A stretch of 64,000 bases of DNA, taken from contig QHWQ01000150.1 in the NCBI GenBank assembly GCA_003222635.1, positions 11,307-75,306 on the forward strand. The letters run 5' to 3'. Each line of letters starts with the position of its first letter. Positions within the stretch are counted from its first letter, which is position 1. The DNA comes from Acidobacteriota bacterium. Lineage in GTDB: Bacteria > Acidobacteriota > Vicinamibacteria > Vicinamibacterales > UBA2999. Below the pieces are notes generated by a model. The model searched no databases and was not told the origin of the DNA. It saw only the letters and a program-made list of their open reading frames with translations. The translations under genes were made by a program, and so were the position numbers. Shown one piece after another: positions 15,264-25,834 of the stretch.

Positions 15264-16242
15264 ATGCCGACCATCCGAAAACTTGGCGTCCTGACAGGCG
15301 GCGGTGACGCGCCGGGCCTCAACGCCGTCATCCGCGCGGTCGTCAAGACTGCCAGCAACGCGGACGTCACCGTCATCGGGCTCGAGGACAGCTTCGACGG
15401 GTTGATTTACCCGGAGAAATCGCGCGTGCTGACGCCGAAAGACGTCACCGGCATCCTGCGCCTGGGCGGCACCATTCTCGGCACCGTCAATCGCGGCGAT
15501 CCGTTCGCGGAGCCGATCGAAACGCCGCACGGCACCTTCAACTACGCCGACCGCGTGATGGAGATGTTCCAGCAGATGGAGCTCGACGCCCTCATCTGCA
15601 TCGGCGGCGGGCTTCGACACCGCGGTCAGCTTCGCGACCGACGCCATCGATCGCCTGCACACGACCGCCGAAGCGCACCGCCGCATCATCCTCGTCGAGG
15701 TGATGGGGCGCTACGCGGGCTGGATCGCGCTGCACGCGGGGGTGGCGGGCGGCGCCGATGTGATCCTCATTCCCGAAATCCCGTACGACCTCGACAAGGT
15801 CGTCGAGTGCCTGCGCAAGCGCGACGAGCGCGGCGCGAAGTTCAGCATCGTGGTGGTCGCGGAAGGCGCGCGGCCGAAGGATGGGTCGCTGTCGATCGTC
15901 GAGGCCGCAAAAGCCGGGCACGCCGAGCGGCTCGGCGGCGCGGCCAAGGCGTGCGGAGACGAGCTCACGCGCATGACCGGCAAGGAAACGCGGCACGTCG
16001 TCCTCGGCCATCTGCAGCGCGGCGGCGCGCCGACGGCCTTCGATCGCACGCTGGCGACACGATTCGGCGGGAAAGCGGTTGAACTCTGCCTGCGCGGGCA
16101 GTTCGGGAAGATGGTGGCCAACCATCCGCCCGAGCTCGTGCCGATCCCGCTGGCGGAGGTCGTCGGCCGCACCAAGCTCGTGCCGCTCGATTACGACCTC
16201 GTGCAGACGGCCCGCATGATGGGCGTGTCGTTTGGCGATTAG
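15264..16242 (+). pseudogene. pfkA: 6-phosphofructokinase, interrupted by a missing internal block plus a frameshift at 15609/15610
   Basis: The N-part (GVLTGGGDAPGLNAVIRAVV...LDALICIGG) joins in another frame to GFDTAVSFATDAIDRLHTTAEAHRRIILVEVMGRYAGWIAL...GHLQRGG. The GGDGS-to-TIDND active-site segment (about 35-45 aa) is absent. Confidence 0.8.
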
Positions 16243-16808
16243 TGAACCAGGAGTTCCTGGTCTTTTTTCTTCTGCAGGTCGTCGATCATCTTGACGTGAT
16301 CGTCGGTCATCTTCTGGACCTGATCGAGCCCCTTCCGCTCGTCGTCTTCTGAGACCTTGTGTTCCTTGAGGAGCTTCTTCAGCCGCTCGTTCGCGTCGCG
16401 GCGGACGTTGCGGACGACGTTGCGGCCTTCCTCGGCCTGCTTGTGGACGTGGCGCGAGAGCTCCCTGCGGCGCTCGTCGGTCAGCGGGGGAATGGGAATG
16501 CGAATCACCTTGCCATCGTTGCTCGGGTTCAGCCCGAGGTCCGATGAGCGGATCGCCTTCTCGATCTCCTTCATCGTCGACGGGTCGAACGGCTGCGCGA
16601 CGATGAGCGCCGGCTCCGGCACCGAGAGCGCGGCGACCTGATTGATCGGCATCTTCGATCCGTACGCCTCGACCTGGACGCCGTCGAGAAGGCTGACCGT
16701 TGCGCGTCCCGTGCGCACCGATGCCATGTCGCGCCGGACGCGATCGATGGCCGCGTCCATCCGCGCCTTCACTTCACCGAACATCCCTTTCAGATCGTTG
16801 AAATCCAT
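16239..16808 (-). CDS. frr: Ribosome recycling factor
   Basis: 189 aa, full-length match to Frr (VRTGRATVSLLDGVQVEAYG...LNPSNDGKVIRIPIPPLTDERRRELS). Confidence 0.95.
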   Translation of the reverse strand: MDFNDLKGMFGEVKARMDAAIDRVRRDMASVRTGRATVSLLDGVQVEAYGSKMPINQVAALSVPEPALIVAQPFDPSTMKEIEKAIRSSDLGLNPSNDGKVIRIPIPPLTDERRRELSRHVHKQAEEGRNVVRNVRRDANERLKKLLKEHKVSEDDERKGLDQVQKMTDDHVKMIDDLQKKKDQELLVH

Positions 16809-16809
16809 G

Positions 16810-17487
16810 TCAGCTGACCGTCGTGCCGATGGGGTCGCCCATGACTACGCGGCGGACGTTGCCCGGCTCGCGCAGATTGAACACCACAATCGGCAGCTTG
16901 TTGTCCATGCACAGGGAGATCGCCGTGGCGTCCATCACCTTGAGCTGGCGTTCGAGCACTTGCAGGTAGGAGATTGTAGGGTATTTCGTGGCGTTCGGGT
17001 CCAGCATCGGATCGGCGGTGTAGACGCCGTCCACCTTGGTTCCCTTGAGAATCACTTCCGCTTTGATTTCCATGGCGCGCAGCGCGGCCGCGGTGTCGGT
17101 GGTGAAGTAGGGATTGCCCGTGCCCGCGGCGAAGATCACGACGCGCTTTTTTTCGAGGTGGCGGATGGCGCGGCGGCGGATGAACGGCTCGGCGACGGCG
17201 CGCATCTCGATCGCGGTGACGACGCGGGTCAGCACACCGTTCTGCTCGAGCGCGTCCTGCAGCGCGAGCGCGTTGACGACGGTCGCGAGCATCCCCATGT
17301 AGTCCGCCGTCGCGCGGTCCATCCCCTTCGCGCTGGCCGCCAGCCCGCGGAAGATGTTGCCGCCGCCGATGACGATGGCGGTCTCGACGCCGAGCCCCTG
17401 GATGTCGGCGACGTCCTGCGCGATGCGCGTCGCCACCTCGGGATCGATCCCGAACTGGCGTTCGCCCATCAGGGCTTCGCCGGATAA
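16810..17487 (-). CDS. pyrH: UMP kinase, apparently 5'-truncated
   Basis: Conserved sequence starts at LSGEALMGE...[11 protein letters not shown] only 8 nt after the tsf stop. The usual N-terminal (K)RVLLK strand and a start codon are missing. The first ATG (17469) is the M of EALMGE. Confidence 0.8.
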   Translation of the reverse strand, partial: LSGEALMGERQFGIDPEVATRIAQDVADIQGLGVETAIVIGGGNIFRGLAASAKGMDRATADYMGMLATVVNALALQDALEQNGVLTRVVTAIEMRAVAEPFIRRRAIRHLEKKRVVIFAAGTGNPYFTTDTAAALRAMEIKAEVILKGTKVDGVYTADPMLDPNATKYPTISYLQVLERQLKVMDATAISLCMDNKLPIVVFNLREPGNVRRVVMGDPIGTTVS

Positions 17488-17494
17488 CGATTGA

Positions 17495-18103
17495 TTATTC
17501 GGTGTCGCCGACGCGGAAGCGGACGAATCGATTGATCTGGATGTTCTCGCCGGTTTTCGCGCTGGCCTGCGCAATCAGCTGAGAGATCGAGACGGCGTTG
17601 TCGCGAATCGACGGCTGGTCGAGCAGCACGAACTGCGCGTAGAAGCTGCCCAGCTTCCCCTCGACGATCTTGTCGAGCACGTGCGCCGGCTTCCCCGTGT
17701 TCTCCATCTGCGCGCGATAAATCGCCTTCTCCTTTTCGATCGCCTCGGCAGGCACGTCCTCGCGGCGGACCCACTTCGGGTCGGCGGCCGCGATGTGCAT
17801 CGCGACCTCCTTCACGAGATTCTGGAAGTCCTCCGTGCGCGCGACGAAGTCGGACTCGCAGTTCAATTCGACGAGCACGCCGATCTTGCCGCCCATGTGG
17901 ATGTAGCTGCCGATGAGGCCCTGGCCGGTCGTGCGGCCGGCGCGCTTGGCGGCCTGCGCCAGCCCGCGCTTGCGGAGGACGGTGATCGCCTCCTCCATGT
18001 TGCCGTTGGCTTCGTTGAGCGCCGCTTTGCACTCCATCATGCCCGCGCCCGTCCTGTCGCGAAGCTGCTTGACCTGATCTGCCGTGATTGCTGTCGCTGC
18101 CAT
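17495..18103 (-). CDS. tsf: Elongation factor Ts (short form)
   Basis: [47 protein letters not shown]...; 202 aa. Confidence 0.95.
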   Translation of the reverse strand: MAATAITADQVKQLRDRTGAGMMECKAALNEANGNMEEAITVLRKRGLAQAAKRAGRTTGQGLIGSYIHMGGKIGVLVELNCESDFVARTEDFQNLVKEVAMHIAAADPKWVRREDVPAEAIEKEKAIYRAQMENTGKPAHVLDKIVEGKLGSFYAQFVLLDQPSIRDNAVSISQLIAQASAKTGENIQINRFVRFRVGDTE

Positions 18104-18120
18104 TGCTTGATTCTCCGATG

Positions 18121-18174
18121 GTCCGCCTGAAGGCGGACACTACAGTCGACGGTAGTGTCCGGCTTCAGCCGGAC
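18121..18174. repeat. 54-nt triple-hairpin REP-like element (copy 1)
   Basis: GTCCGCC-TGAA-GGCGGAC / ACTACAGTCGACGGTAGT / GTCCGGC-TTCA-GCCGGAC. An inverted copy lies at 40952-41004 and a single arm at 57823-57840. Confidence 0.75.
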
Positions 18175-18182
18175 CTGTACGC

Positions 18183-18210
18183 AAAAAGCGCCGGCTTTTG
18201 GGCCGGCGCC
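18183..18210 (-). terminator. Rho-independent-type terminator/attenuator hairpin downstream of rpsB
   Basis: The minus strand reads GGCGCCGGC-CCAAAA-GCCGGCGC followed by TTTTTG. Confidence 0.55.
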
Positions 18211-18230
18211 AACTCTCGCTGCCCGCGCCC

Positions 18231-19022
<792 letters not shown>

Positions 19023-19053
19023 GGCAATCCCGGGCAACAGCTCCTCCTTCTCT

Positions 19054-19446
19054 CTAACGTTTGCTGAACTGGAAGCGTTTCCGCGCTCCAGCCATGCCGT
19101 ACTTCTTGCGTTCCTTGACGCGTGCATCGGACGTCAGCAGGCCGTCCTTTTTCAACTGCCTGCGCAGCTCCGCGTTGTACTCGACGAGCGCGCGCGCGAC
19201 CGCCAGGCGCACCGCGCCGGCCTGTCCGTGCTCACCGCCGCCGGCCACCGTCGCGAGGATATCGAACTTCTCACCGGTCTCCGTCAGCAGCAGCGGCCGC
19301 CGCACCTGCGTGCGCAGGGCGTCGGTGGTGAAGTATTTATCGAATTCCCGATGATTGACGGTGATGGCGCCCTTGCCGGGGCGGAGGAAAACGCGGGCGG
19401 TTGAAGTCTTGCGACGACCCGTTGCGTAGTATTCGATGCTTGCCAA
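19054..19446 (-). CDS. rpsI: 30S ribosomal protein S9
   Basis: 130 aa, ending in [17 protein letters not shown]. Confidence 0.95.
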   Translation of the reverse strand: MASIEYYATGRRKTSTARVFLRPGKGAITVNHREFDKYFTTDALRTQVRRPLLLTETGEKFDILATVAGGGEHGQAGAVRLAVARALVEYNAELRRQLKKDGLLTSDARVKERKKYGMAGARKRFQFSKR

Positions 19447-19878
19447 CTATGCGACCTCGATCTGCTTGGGTTGCTGGGCGGCATGCGGATGGTCGGACCG
19501 GGCATACACCTTCAACTTCCGGTACATCGCATCCCCCATCTTGGTTTTCGGCAGCATGCCGCGAACCGCTTCTTCCACCATGCGCACCGGCGCCTTCTTG
19601 CGGACGACCGCGGCGCGCTCCTCGCGCAGCCCGCCCTCGAATCCGCTGTGGTACCGGTAAATCTTCTGGTCTTCCTTGCGGCCGGTCAGCTTCACCTCCG
19701 CCGCGTTGACGATGACGACGTGATCGCCCGTGTCGATGAACGGGGTATAGATCGCCTTGTGCTTGCCCTGGAGCAGGCGGGAGGCAAGCGTCGCCACACG
19801 GCCAAGGACCTGACCCTTGGCGTCGATGACATGCCACCGGCTATCTGCGCTTTTCGCGCTCGCTACGAACGTACGCAT
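19447..19878 (-). CDS. rplM: 50S ribosomal protein L13
   Basis: 143 aa (RWHVIDAKGQVLGRVATLASRLLQGKHK...TGDHVVIVNA). Confidence 0.95.
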   Translation of the reverse strand: MRTFVASAKSADSRWHVIDAKGQVLGRVATLASRLLQGKHKAIYTPFIDTGDHVVIVNAAEVKLTGRKEDQKIYRYHSGFEGGLREERAAVVRKKAPVRMVEEAVRGMLPKTKMGDAMYRKLKVYARSDHPHAAQQPKQIEVA

Positions 19879-20161
19879 GAAAGGGATCCTTCGGGGGGAA
19901 GTACATTCCCGCCGCCGTGACTAACCGCAAACCCCTATGATACGGACGGTTGCGCGGAGTGTCCACCGAAGAGCCCAGAACGGCACGTCCTTTCGCCATC
20001 CCTTGGCTCTTCTTGTGATGTCCCGACGTGAACGGCCGATAACAAGACACTAGAACAGCTTTCGGGACACAGCCGTGTTACGGATCTGGCCACCACGTGC
20101 ACATGCGTAACGCGACGGTAAGTGTGGCCGCGCTGCCAGGGATTTTTTGAAGAAGGACGCA

Positions 20162-21114
20162 ATGCCGCTTTTCGGAAAAGCCAAGACCATCGTCGGGCTC
20201 GACATCGGCTCGAGCGCCGTCAAGGCCGTCGAGCTGAGGCCCGCGGGCAAGGGCTACAAGGTGACCGCCTTCGGTGCCGAGCCGGTGCCGGCAGACGCCA
20301 TCGTCGACGGCGCGATCATCGACGCCGCGTCGGTTGCCGACGCCATCCGTCGCGTCTTCGACAGCAACAAGGCGTTCAAGACGAAGGACGTCTGCGCGTC
20401 GCTGTCGGGCAACGCGGTCATCGTCAAGAAGATCACCCTGCCGGTGATGACGGAGAACGAGCTGGCGGAGTCGATCTACTGGGAAGCGGAGCAGTACATC
20501 CCGTTCGACATCCAGGACGTCAACCTCGATTACCAGATTCTCGATCCGGGAACGGGCGCGAACTCGCGCGGCAGCATGGACGTGCTCCTCGTCGCCGCGA
20601 AGAAGGAAAAGATCGCCGACTACACGAACGTGATCGCCCAGTCGGGACGCACGCCGGTGATCGTCGACGTGGACGCCTTCGCGCTGCAGAACGCCTTCGA
20701 GGTGAACTACGGCCTCGAAGAGGGCCGTATCGTCGTGCTGCTGAACGCGGGCGCCAGCGCGATCAACATCAACATCCTGCAGGGAGACCAGTCGGTCTTC
20801 ACGCGCGACATCTCGATGGGCGGCAACGCCTACACCGAGGCGGTGCAGAAGGAGCTGGACCTGCCGTTCGAGGCGGCGGAGCAGCTGAAGAAGGGCATTC
20901 CGGTTGACGGCGCGACGTTCGAGGAGGCGCAGCCCGTGCTGCACGCCGTCACCGAGAACGTGCTGCTCGAAGCTTCAACGCGCCGGTCGAGGACTTCGAT
21001 CCGTTCCGCGCGATCACGTGGGACGCCAGCAAGCTTGGCGGCGACGCGGCGCAGATGGCGTCGACCGCGGCAGTGGCCGTCGGCCTCGCGCTGAGGAAGG
21101 TGGCCGACCGATGA
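20162..21114 (+). pseudogene. pilM: Type IV pilus assembly ATPase-fold protein PilM, interrupted by a missing block plus a frameshift near 20970
   Basis: MPLFGKAKTIVGLDIGSSAVKAVEL...TENVLLE joins in another frame to FNAPVEDFDPFRAITWDASKL...ALRKVADR-stop, whose TGA overlaps the pilN ATG. About 35-40 aa (the LSGG-containing segment) are missing. Confidence 0.8.
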
Positions 21115-21794
21115 TTCGCATCAACCTCCTCGGCGGGGAACGCAAGGTCGCGAAGAAGACGTTCACCTTCGACAGCGGCCGCCAGATCATGGTCGCGTGC
21201 AGCCTGCTGCTCGTGCTGGCTGTCGCCGGTATCGGCTACTGGTACTGGACGCTGCTGCAGGCGTCGCAGCAGGTCGATGCGGAGATTGCGGAAGCCAGAC
21301 GCGAGCAGACGCGGCTGCAGTCGATCCTTCGCGACGTCAGCGCGTTCGATCAGCAGCGTGACGAGCTGCAGCAGCGCGTCGCGCTGATCGAGCAGCTTCG
21401 CGGCGGACAGAGCATCCCGGTGCAGCTGCTCGACGAGGTGAGCAAGAGCCTGCCCGACATGCTCTGGCTCACCGATCTCGAGCAGAAGGGGAACGACGTC
21501 ACGATTCAGGGGCAGAGCACCACGCTCATCGCGCTGTCGGACTTCGTCGGCAATCTGGGCAACAGCCCGTTGCTCGTCAAGCCGGTCGAGATCGTCAACA
21601 GCCAGGTCGATACCGTGCAGGTCGCTGGAGCTGGAGGCGCTCGCGGCGCCGCCGCGGCGCGAAACTCCGTCGATTTGATCAAGTTCACCGTCAAGGCGCA
21701 GCTGGTGGCGCCGAAGACCGCTCCGGCCGGACGCGGTTCCGGTCCCGGGCGCGGCGCCGCGCCCGCAGCGTCACCTGCGCAAGGAGGACGCTAA
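21111..21794 (+). CDS. pilN: Type IV pilus assembly protein PilN
   Basis: MIRINLLGGERK, one TM helix, a coiled coil, then a PilN-like C-domain. Position fits the pilMNOPQ order. Confidence 0.8.
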   Translation: MIRINLLGGERKVAKKTFTFDSGRQIMVACSLLLVLAVAGIGYWYWTLLQASQQVDAEIAEARREQTRLQSILRDVSAFDQQRDELQQRVALIEQLRGGQSIPVQLLDEVSKSLPDMLWLTDLEQKGNDVTIQGQSTTLIALSDFVGNLGNSPLLVKPVEIVNSQVDTVQVAGAGGARGAAAARNSVDLIKFTVKAQLVAPKTAPAGRGSGPGRGAAPAASPAQGGR

Positions 21795-21797
21795 ACC

Positions 21798-22433
21798 ATG
21801 GCGATGAATCTCAGCCTCAGCAAGCTCCCGTGGTACGGCCAGGTCGGCGCGTTTGCCGCGCTCGCGTTCGCCGGCGCCGGCGTGTTCTGGAATTTCTACG
21901 CGAAGCCTGCGCAGCAGAGCATCGACACGCGCCAGGCAGAGCTCAGCACCGTTCGCGCCGACATCACTCGCGGTCTCGCGACCGCGCGGCGCCTGCCCGA
22001 GTTCCGGCGCCAGGTCGAGGACCTGCAGGCGCAGCTCGAACGGCTCCGGCCGGTGCTGCCCGAGGAAAAGGACGTCGCCGATCTGCTGCGACGCATTCAG
22101 GGCATGGCCACGCAGTCGAATCTGCAGATTCGCGGCTTCTCGCCGCAGCCGGTCGCCACGCGCTCGATGTACGCCGAGTGGCCGATCGGGCTGCAGCTCG
22201 ATGGCACCTATCACAACCTCGGGAGCTTCCTCGAGCGTGTGAGCAAGTTCCCGCGCATCATCAACATCACCGGCATCCACATCAAGGCGAAGGGCGACGA
22301 CGGCGCCAATCAGACGATCGAAGCGGAGTGCACCGCGACGACCTTCGTGCTGATTGAGAAGCCGGCTGCGGGCGCCAAGCCTGGCGCGCCGAAACCTGCC
22401 GCCACCACAGGCGCCGCTCCTCCGAAGGCCTAG
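21798..22433 (+). CDS. pilO: Type IV pilus assembly protein PilO
   Basis: TM helix plus coiled coil plus a PilO-like ferredoxin-like domain (VLPEEKDVADLLRRIQGMA...YHNLGSFLERVSKFPRIINI). Confidence 0.8.
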   Translation: MAMNLSLSKLPWYGQVGAFAALAFAGAGVFWNFYAKPAQQSIDTRQAELSTVRADITRGLATARRLPEFRRQVEDLQAQLERLRPVLPEEKDVADLLRRIQGMATQSNLQIRGFSPQPVATRSMYAEWPIGLQLDGTYHNLGSFLERVSKFPRIINITGIHIKAKGDDGANQTIEAECTATTFVLIEKPAAGAKPGAPKPAATTGAAPPKA

Positions 22434-22435
22434 CC

Positions 22436-23101
22436 ATGAAGTGTTGTTCCCGATGTCTCGCCGTTGCCGTTGCCGTTGCCGTCGCCTGCATGTGCGCGAC
22501 GCCGGCCGTCGCGCGTGCGCAGGCGACGCCCGCACGTCCAGCACCGGCTCCCGCACCGGCTCCTGCGCGTCAGGCGCCGGCTCCAGCACCGGCACCTGCG
22601 CCGCCCGCGGCCAAAGCTCCAGCGGCACCGGCGGCGACGGCAGGTGCGGCGGCTCCGGCAGCGCCCGCGGGTGCGGCGGCTCCGGCCGCGCCAGGTGCGA
22701 CCACGCCGCAACCGGCGGCTCCGCCCGCGGTCGAACCGCAGGGATACACGTATGACCCGCAGGGACGGCGAGATCCGTTCGTCAGCCTGCTGCGCCGCGG
22801 CGGCGATGTGCCGCGCGGCGGAACGCCGATTGGCGCCCGGCAAGCCGGCCTCGCTGGTCTCGAGGCCAGCGAAGTGACCTTGAAGGGAACGCTCGCGAGC
22901 GAGGGAAGCTACGTCGCGATCCTGCAGGGGTCCGACAACAAGACCTACATCGTCAAGGCGGGCGACAAGCTGCTCGACGGGACGATCAGGGCGATCACTC
23001 CGGACAGCATGGTGATCACGCAGCAAGTGACCGACCCGCTGTCACTGGAAAAAACGCGCGAGGTGCGCAAGGTGCTCCGACAGACCGATGAGGGGAAGTA
23101 A
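22436..23101 (+). CDS. pilP: PilP-like pilus assembly lipoprotein with a long Ala/Pro linker
   Basis: Signal/lipobox region, an AP-rich linker, and a C-terminal beta domain (RRDPFVSL...LKGTLASEGSYVAILQGSDNKTYIVKAGDKLLDGTIRAITPDSMVI). Confidence 0.7.
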   Translation: MKCCSRCLAVAVAVAVACMCATPAVARAQATPARPAPAPAPAPARQAPAPAPAPAPPAAKAPAAPAATAGAAAPAAPAGAAAPAAPGATTPQPAAPPAVEPQGYTYDPQGRRDPFVSLLRRGGDVPRGGTPIGARQAGLAGLEASEVTLKGTLASEGSYVAILQGSDNKTYIVKAGDKLLDGTIRAITPDSMVITQQVTDPLSLEKTREVRKVLRQTDEGK

Positions 23102-25231
23102 TGGGCTTCCGATTTAAGTCTCACATGCCGAAGTTGTTCGTGGCCGCGCTGCTGGCGCTCGGGATCATGATCCCCCTGCGCGCCGCCAGCACGGATACAG
23201 CGATGCTCAAGCGGATCTCGTCGCGCGTGGACGACCACGCGGGCGTGATCTCGATCGAAGCATCCGATCCAGTGCCGTACGTCGCATCGCAGCCCGATCC
23301 GATGACATTCGTCATCGAGATGCGCGACGTGCTCGCGGTCGGCTTCGCCGACAACTTCACGCGCGATCCCCGGGTGCCGATCACCGGCGTCCACGTCGAG
23401 AACGCCCGCGCGTTCGACGGCGCGTCCATCGCGCGCGTCAGCGTCGCCCTGGCACAGCCGATCCGGCCGCGCGTGCGCAGCTCGCGCAACGTGATTTACG
23501 TCGAGGCCGATCGCCTCGATCGCGCCGCCGCCGGCGTCGTCAGCAGCGCTGGTCCGTCCACCGCCATTCGCGATCTCCGGGTCGAGCGTCGTGGCGCGTC
23601 GACGGCGATCACGCTGAAGGCCAGCGGCCGTCTCGTGGCGACCAACGTCGAGGAATCGAAGGACGGCCCCGCCCGTCTCTACGTCGATCTCGCGAACGTG
23701 ACGTCGTCGCTTCCGGGTCTCACGCCGGTGGGACAGGGCACCGTGCAGAATGTGCGCATCGCATTGAGCGACAAGAGCCCGATGCTGACGCGCGTCGCCG
23801 TCGAGATGACGCGCCGTTCCGCGTATCGCCTCGAAGCGTCCCCCGACGGTCAGCAGTTGACGATGCTGATCGACGACGGCCCTCCGGCATCGCCGCAGGT
23901 GCAGGCGGCGTCGGTGCTCGCACCGGCCAAGGCGGCCGCGGCGCAGCCGCAGCCCGCCGCGCTGATGGCGCAGGCCCAGGCGCCGCCCGCCGCGGTGTTC
24001 GCGCCGCCGCCGCAGGCGCCCGCGCAGACGCCGGCGCCGGTCCCGCCGGCAGGAACGCAGACGACACAGATTGGACCGACGGGTCCGCGCTACACCGGGC
24101 ATCCGGTCAGCCTTGATTTCCAGGGCGCGGACCTTCGCGCCGTGCTGCGCACCTTCGCCGAGATCAGCGGCCTGAACATCGTCATCGACCCGACGATTCA
24201 GGGCACTGTCGACGTCTCGCTGCGCGATGTGCCGTGGGATCAGGCGCTCGACATCATCCTGCGCGCGTGTCATGACGCGCGCACTCAGCTACGCGCGCGC
24301 CGAGGATCTGCGGGCACTGCTGACCGCCACCGTCCTCTCGTCCCGCGGATCGATTCAGACCGATCCGCGCACGAACACGATCATCATCAACGATCTCCCG
24401 GACCGCCTGCAGCGCGCCACCGATCTGGTCTCGACGCTCGACGCGCCGCAGCCGCAGGTCGAGATCGAAGCCCGCATCGTGCAGACGACGCGCCAGTTCG
24501 CGCGCACGCTCGGCGTGCAGTGGGGCATCGGCGGGCAGATGAGCAATACGCTCGGCAACACCACGGGCCTCGCGTTTCCGAACCAGGGCAGCGTCGGCGG
24601 CCGGACGGGACTGAGCCAGGGCCCCGGCGCGCCGAATCCCGGCTTCGACAACGTGCCGACCGCGGTCAACCTGGCCGCGAGCGGCGCGAGCTCCGCGATT
24701 GGCGTCGCGCTCGGCTCGCTCAACGGCGCGCTGAACCTCGACGTCGCGCTCTCCGCCCTCGAAAAGCAGGGACAGGGCCGGCTGCTCTCGACGCCGCGCG
24801 TCACGACGCAGAACAACGTCGAGGCGGAAATGACGCAGGGCGTGCAGATTCCGATTCAGACGGTCGCGAACAACACCGTGACGGTCACGTTCAAGGACGC
24901 GGCGCTGACGCTGAAGGTGACGCCGCAGATCACGGCGGCCAACACCGTCATCATGCGCATCTCGCTCGAGAACGCGGCGCCGGACTTCAGCAAGGCGATC
25001 AACAACATTCCACCAATTGACACCCAGCGGGCGATCACGCAGGTGCTCGTCCAGAACGGCGACACGACCGTGATTGGCGGCATCTACGTCAGCAACGAAC
25101 AGGTGAACAAGGATCGGACACCCGCGCTCTACCGGCTGCCGCTGCTCGGCTGGCTGTTCCGCCGCGACGGCATTACAGACGACAGCCGCGAGCTGCTGAT
25201 TTTCATCACGCCGCGCATTCTGACCATCTAG
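23101..25231 (+). pseudogene. pilQ: Type IV pilus secretin PilQ (two AMIN domains), interrupted by a missing block plus a frameshift near 24266-24272
   Basis: ...GHPVSLDFQGADLRAVLRTFAEISGLNIVIDPT...VPWDQALDIILRA joins in another frame to MTRALSYARAEDLRALL...RGSIQTDPRTNTIIINDLP...secretin core...LLIFITPRIL. Confidence 0.8.
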
Positions 25232-25248
25232 GAGAGAAGCACGTCATC

Positions 25249-25830
25249 ATGAGAACGCTCACCTTTACCGCGCTCCTGTCGGCGGCGCTCCTGTGTGCCG
25301 GCTGCGGCGACACCAGCTCCGGGCCATCGCCGTCGAAAGTATTCATCACCCAGATCCAGACGTCCGCCGGCCTCGCTTCGAGGACCTTCGCGTCCGGTCC
25401 CCTCAACTCGGACGTGCTCACGGCTGGAAGCATCGTGGATGACCTCGCACAGGTGTCGTTCCAGCTCACGCTCAAGGACCCCGGCGTACCCGGCAACACC
25501 AATCAGCCGAGCGTGCTCAATGCGGTCACCTTTACGCGCTATCACGTCGATTTCCGGCGCGCCGACGGGCGGAACACGCCGGGCGTGGATGTGCCGTTTT
25601 CGTTCGACGCGGCGCAGACGTTCACGGTCCAGGACAAGATCGACATCATCGTCGAGCTCGTGCGTCATGTCGCAAAGGCGGAGGCGCCCCTGGCGGCGCT
25701 GGCGGCCGATCGCAACATCATCAGCACCATCGCCACCATCACCTTCTACGGCAAGGATCAGGCCGGCAACAACGTCATCGTGACGGGTCAGGTGCAGGTG
25801 AACTTCGGCAACTTTGCGGATCCCACGTAG
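25249..25830 (+). CDS. Hypothetical lipoprotein
   Basis: Lipobox (LLCAGCGD). 193 aa and beta-rich, starting 18 nt downstream of pilQ. Confidence 0.55.
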   Translation: MRTLTFTALLSAALLCAGCGDTSSGPSPSKVFITQIQTSAGLASRTFASGPLNSDVLTAGSIVDDLAQVSFQLTLKDPGVPGNTNQPSVLNAVTFTRYHVDFRRADGRNTPGVDVPFSFDAAQTFTVQDKIDIIVELVRHVAKAEAPLAALAADRNIISTIATITFYGKDQAGNNVIVTGQVQVNFGNFADPT

Positions 25831-25834
25831 GAAG

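Noticed and set aside
19879-20146. Structured leader or sRNA in the 268-nt lower-GC spacer between rplM and pilM
   Set aside because: There are small hairpins (for example GGGATCC-TTCG-GGGGGAAG near the rplM start), but I could not match them to any known ribosomal-protein leader or sRNA. The spacer most likely just holds the two divergent promoters.
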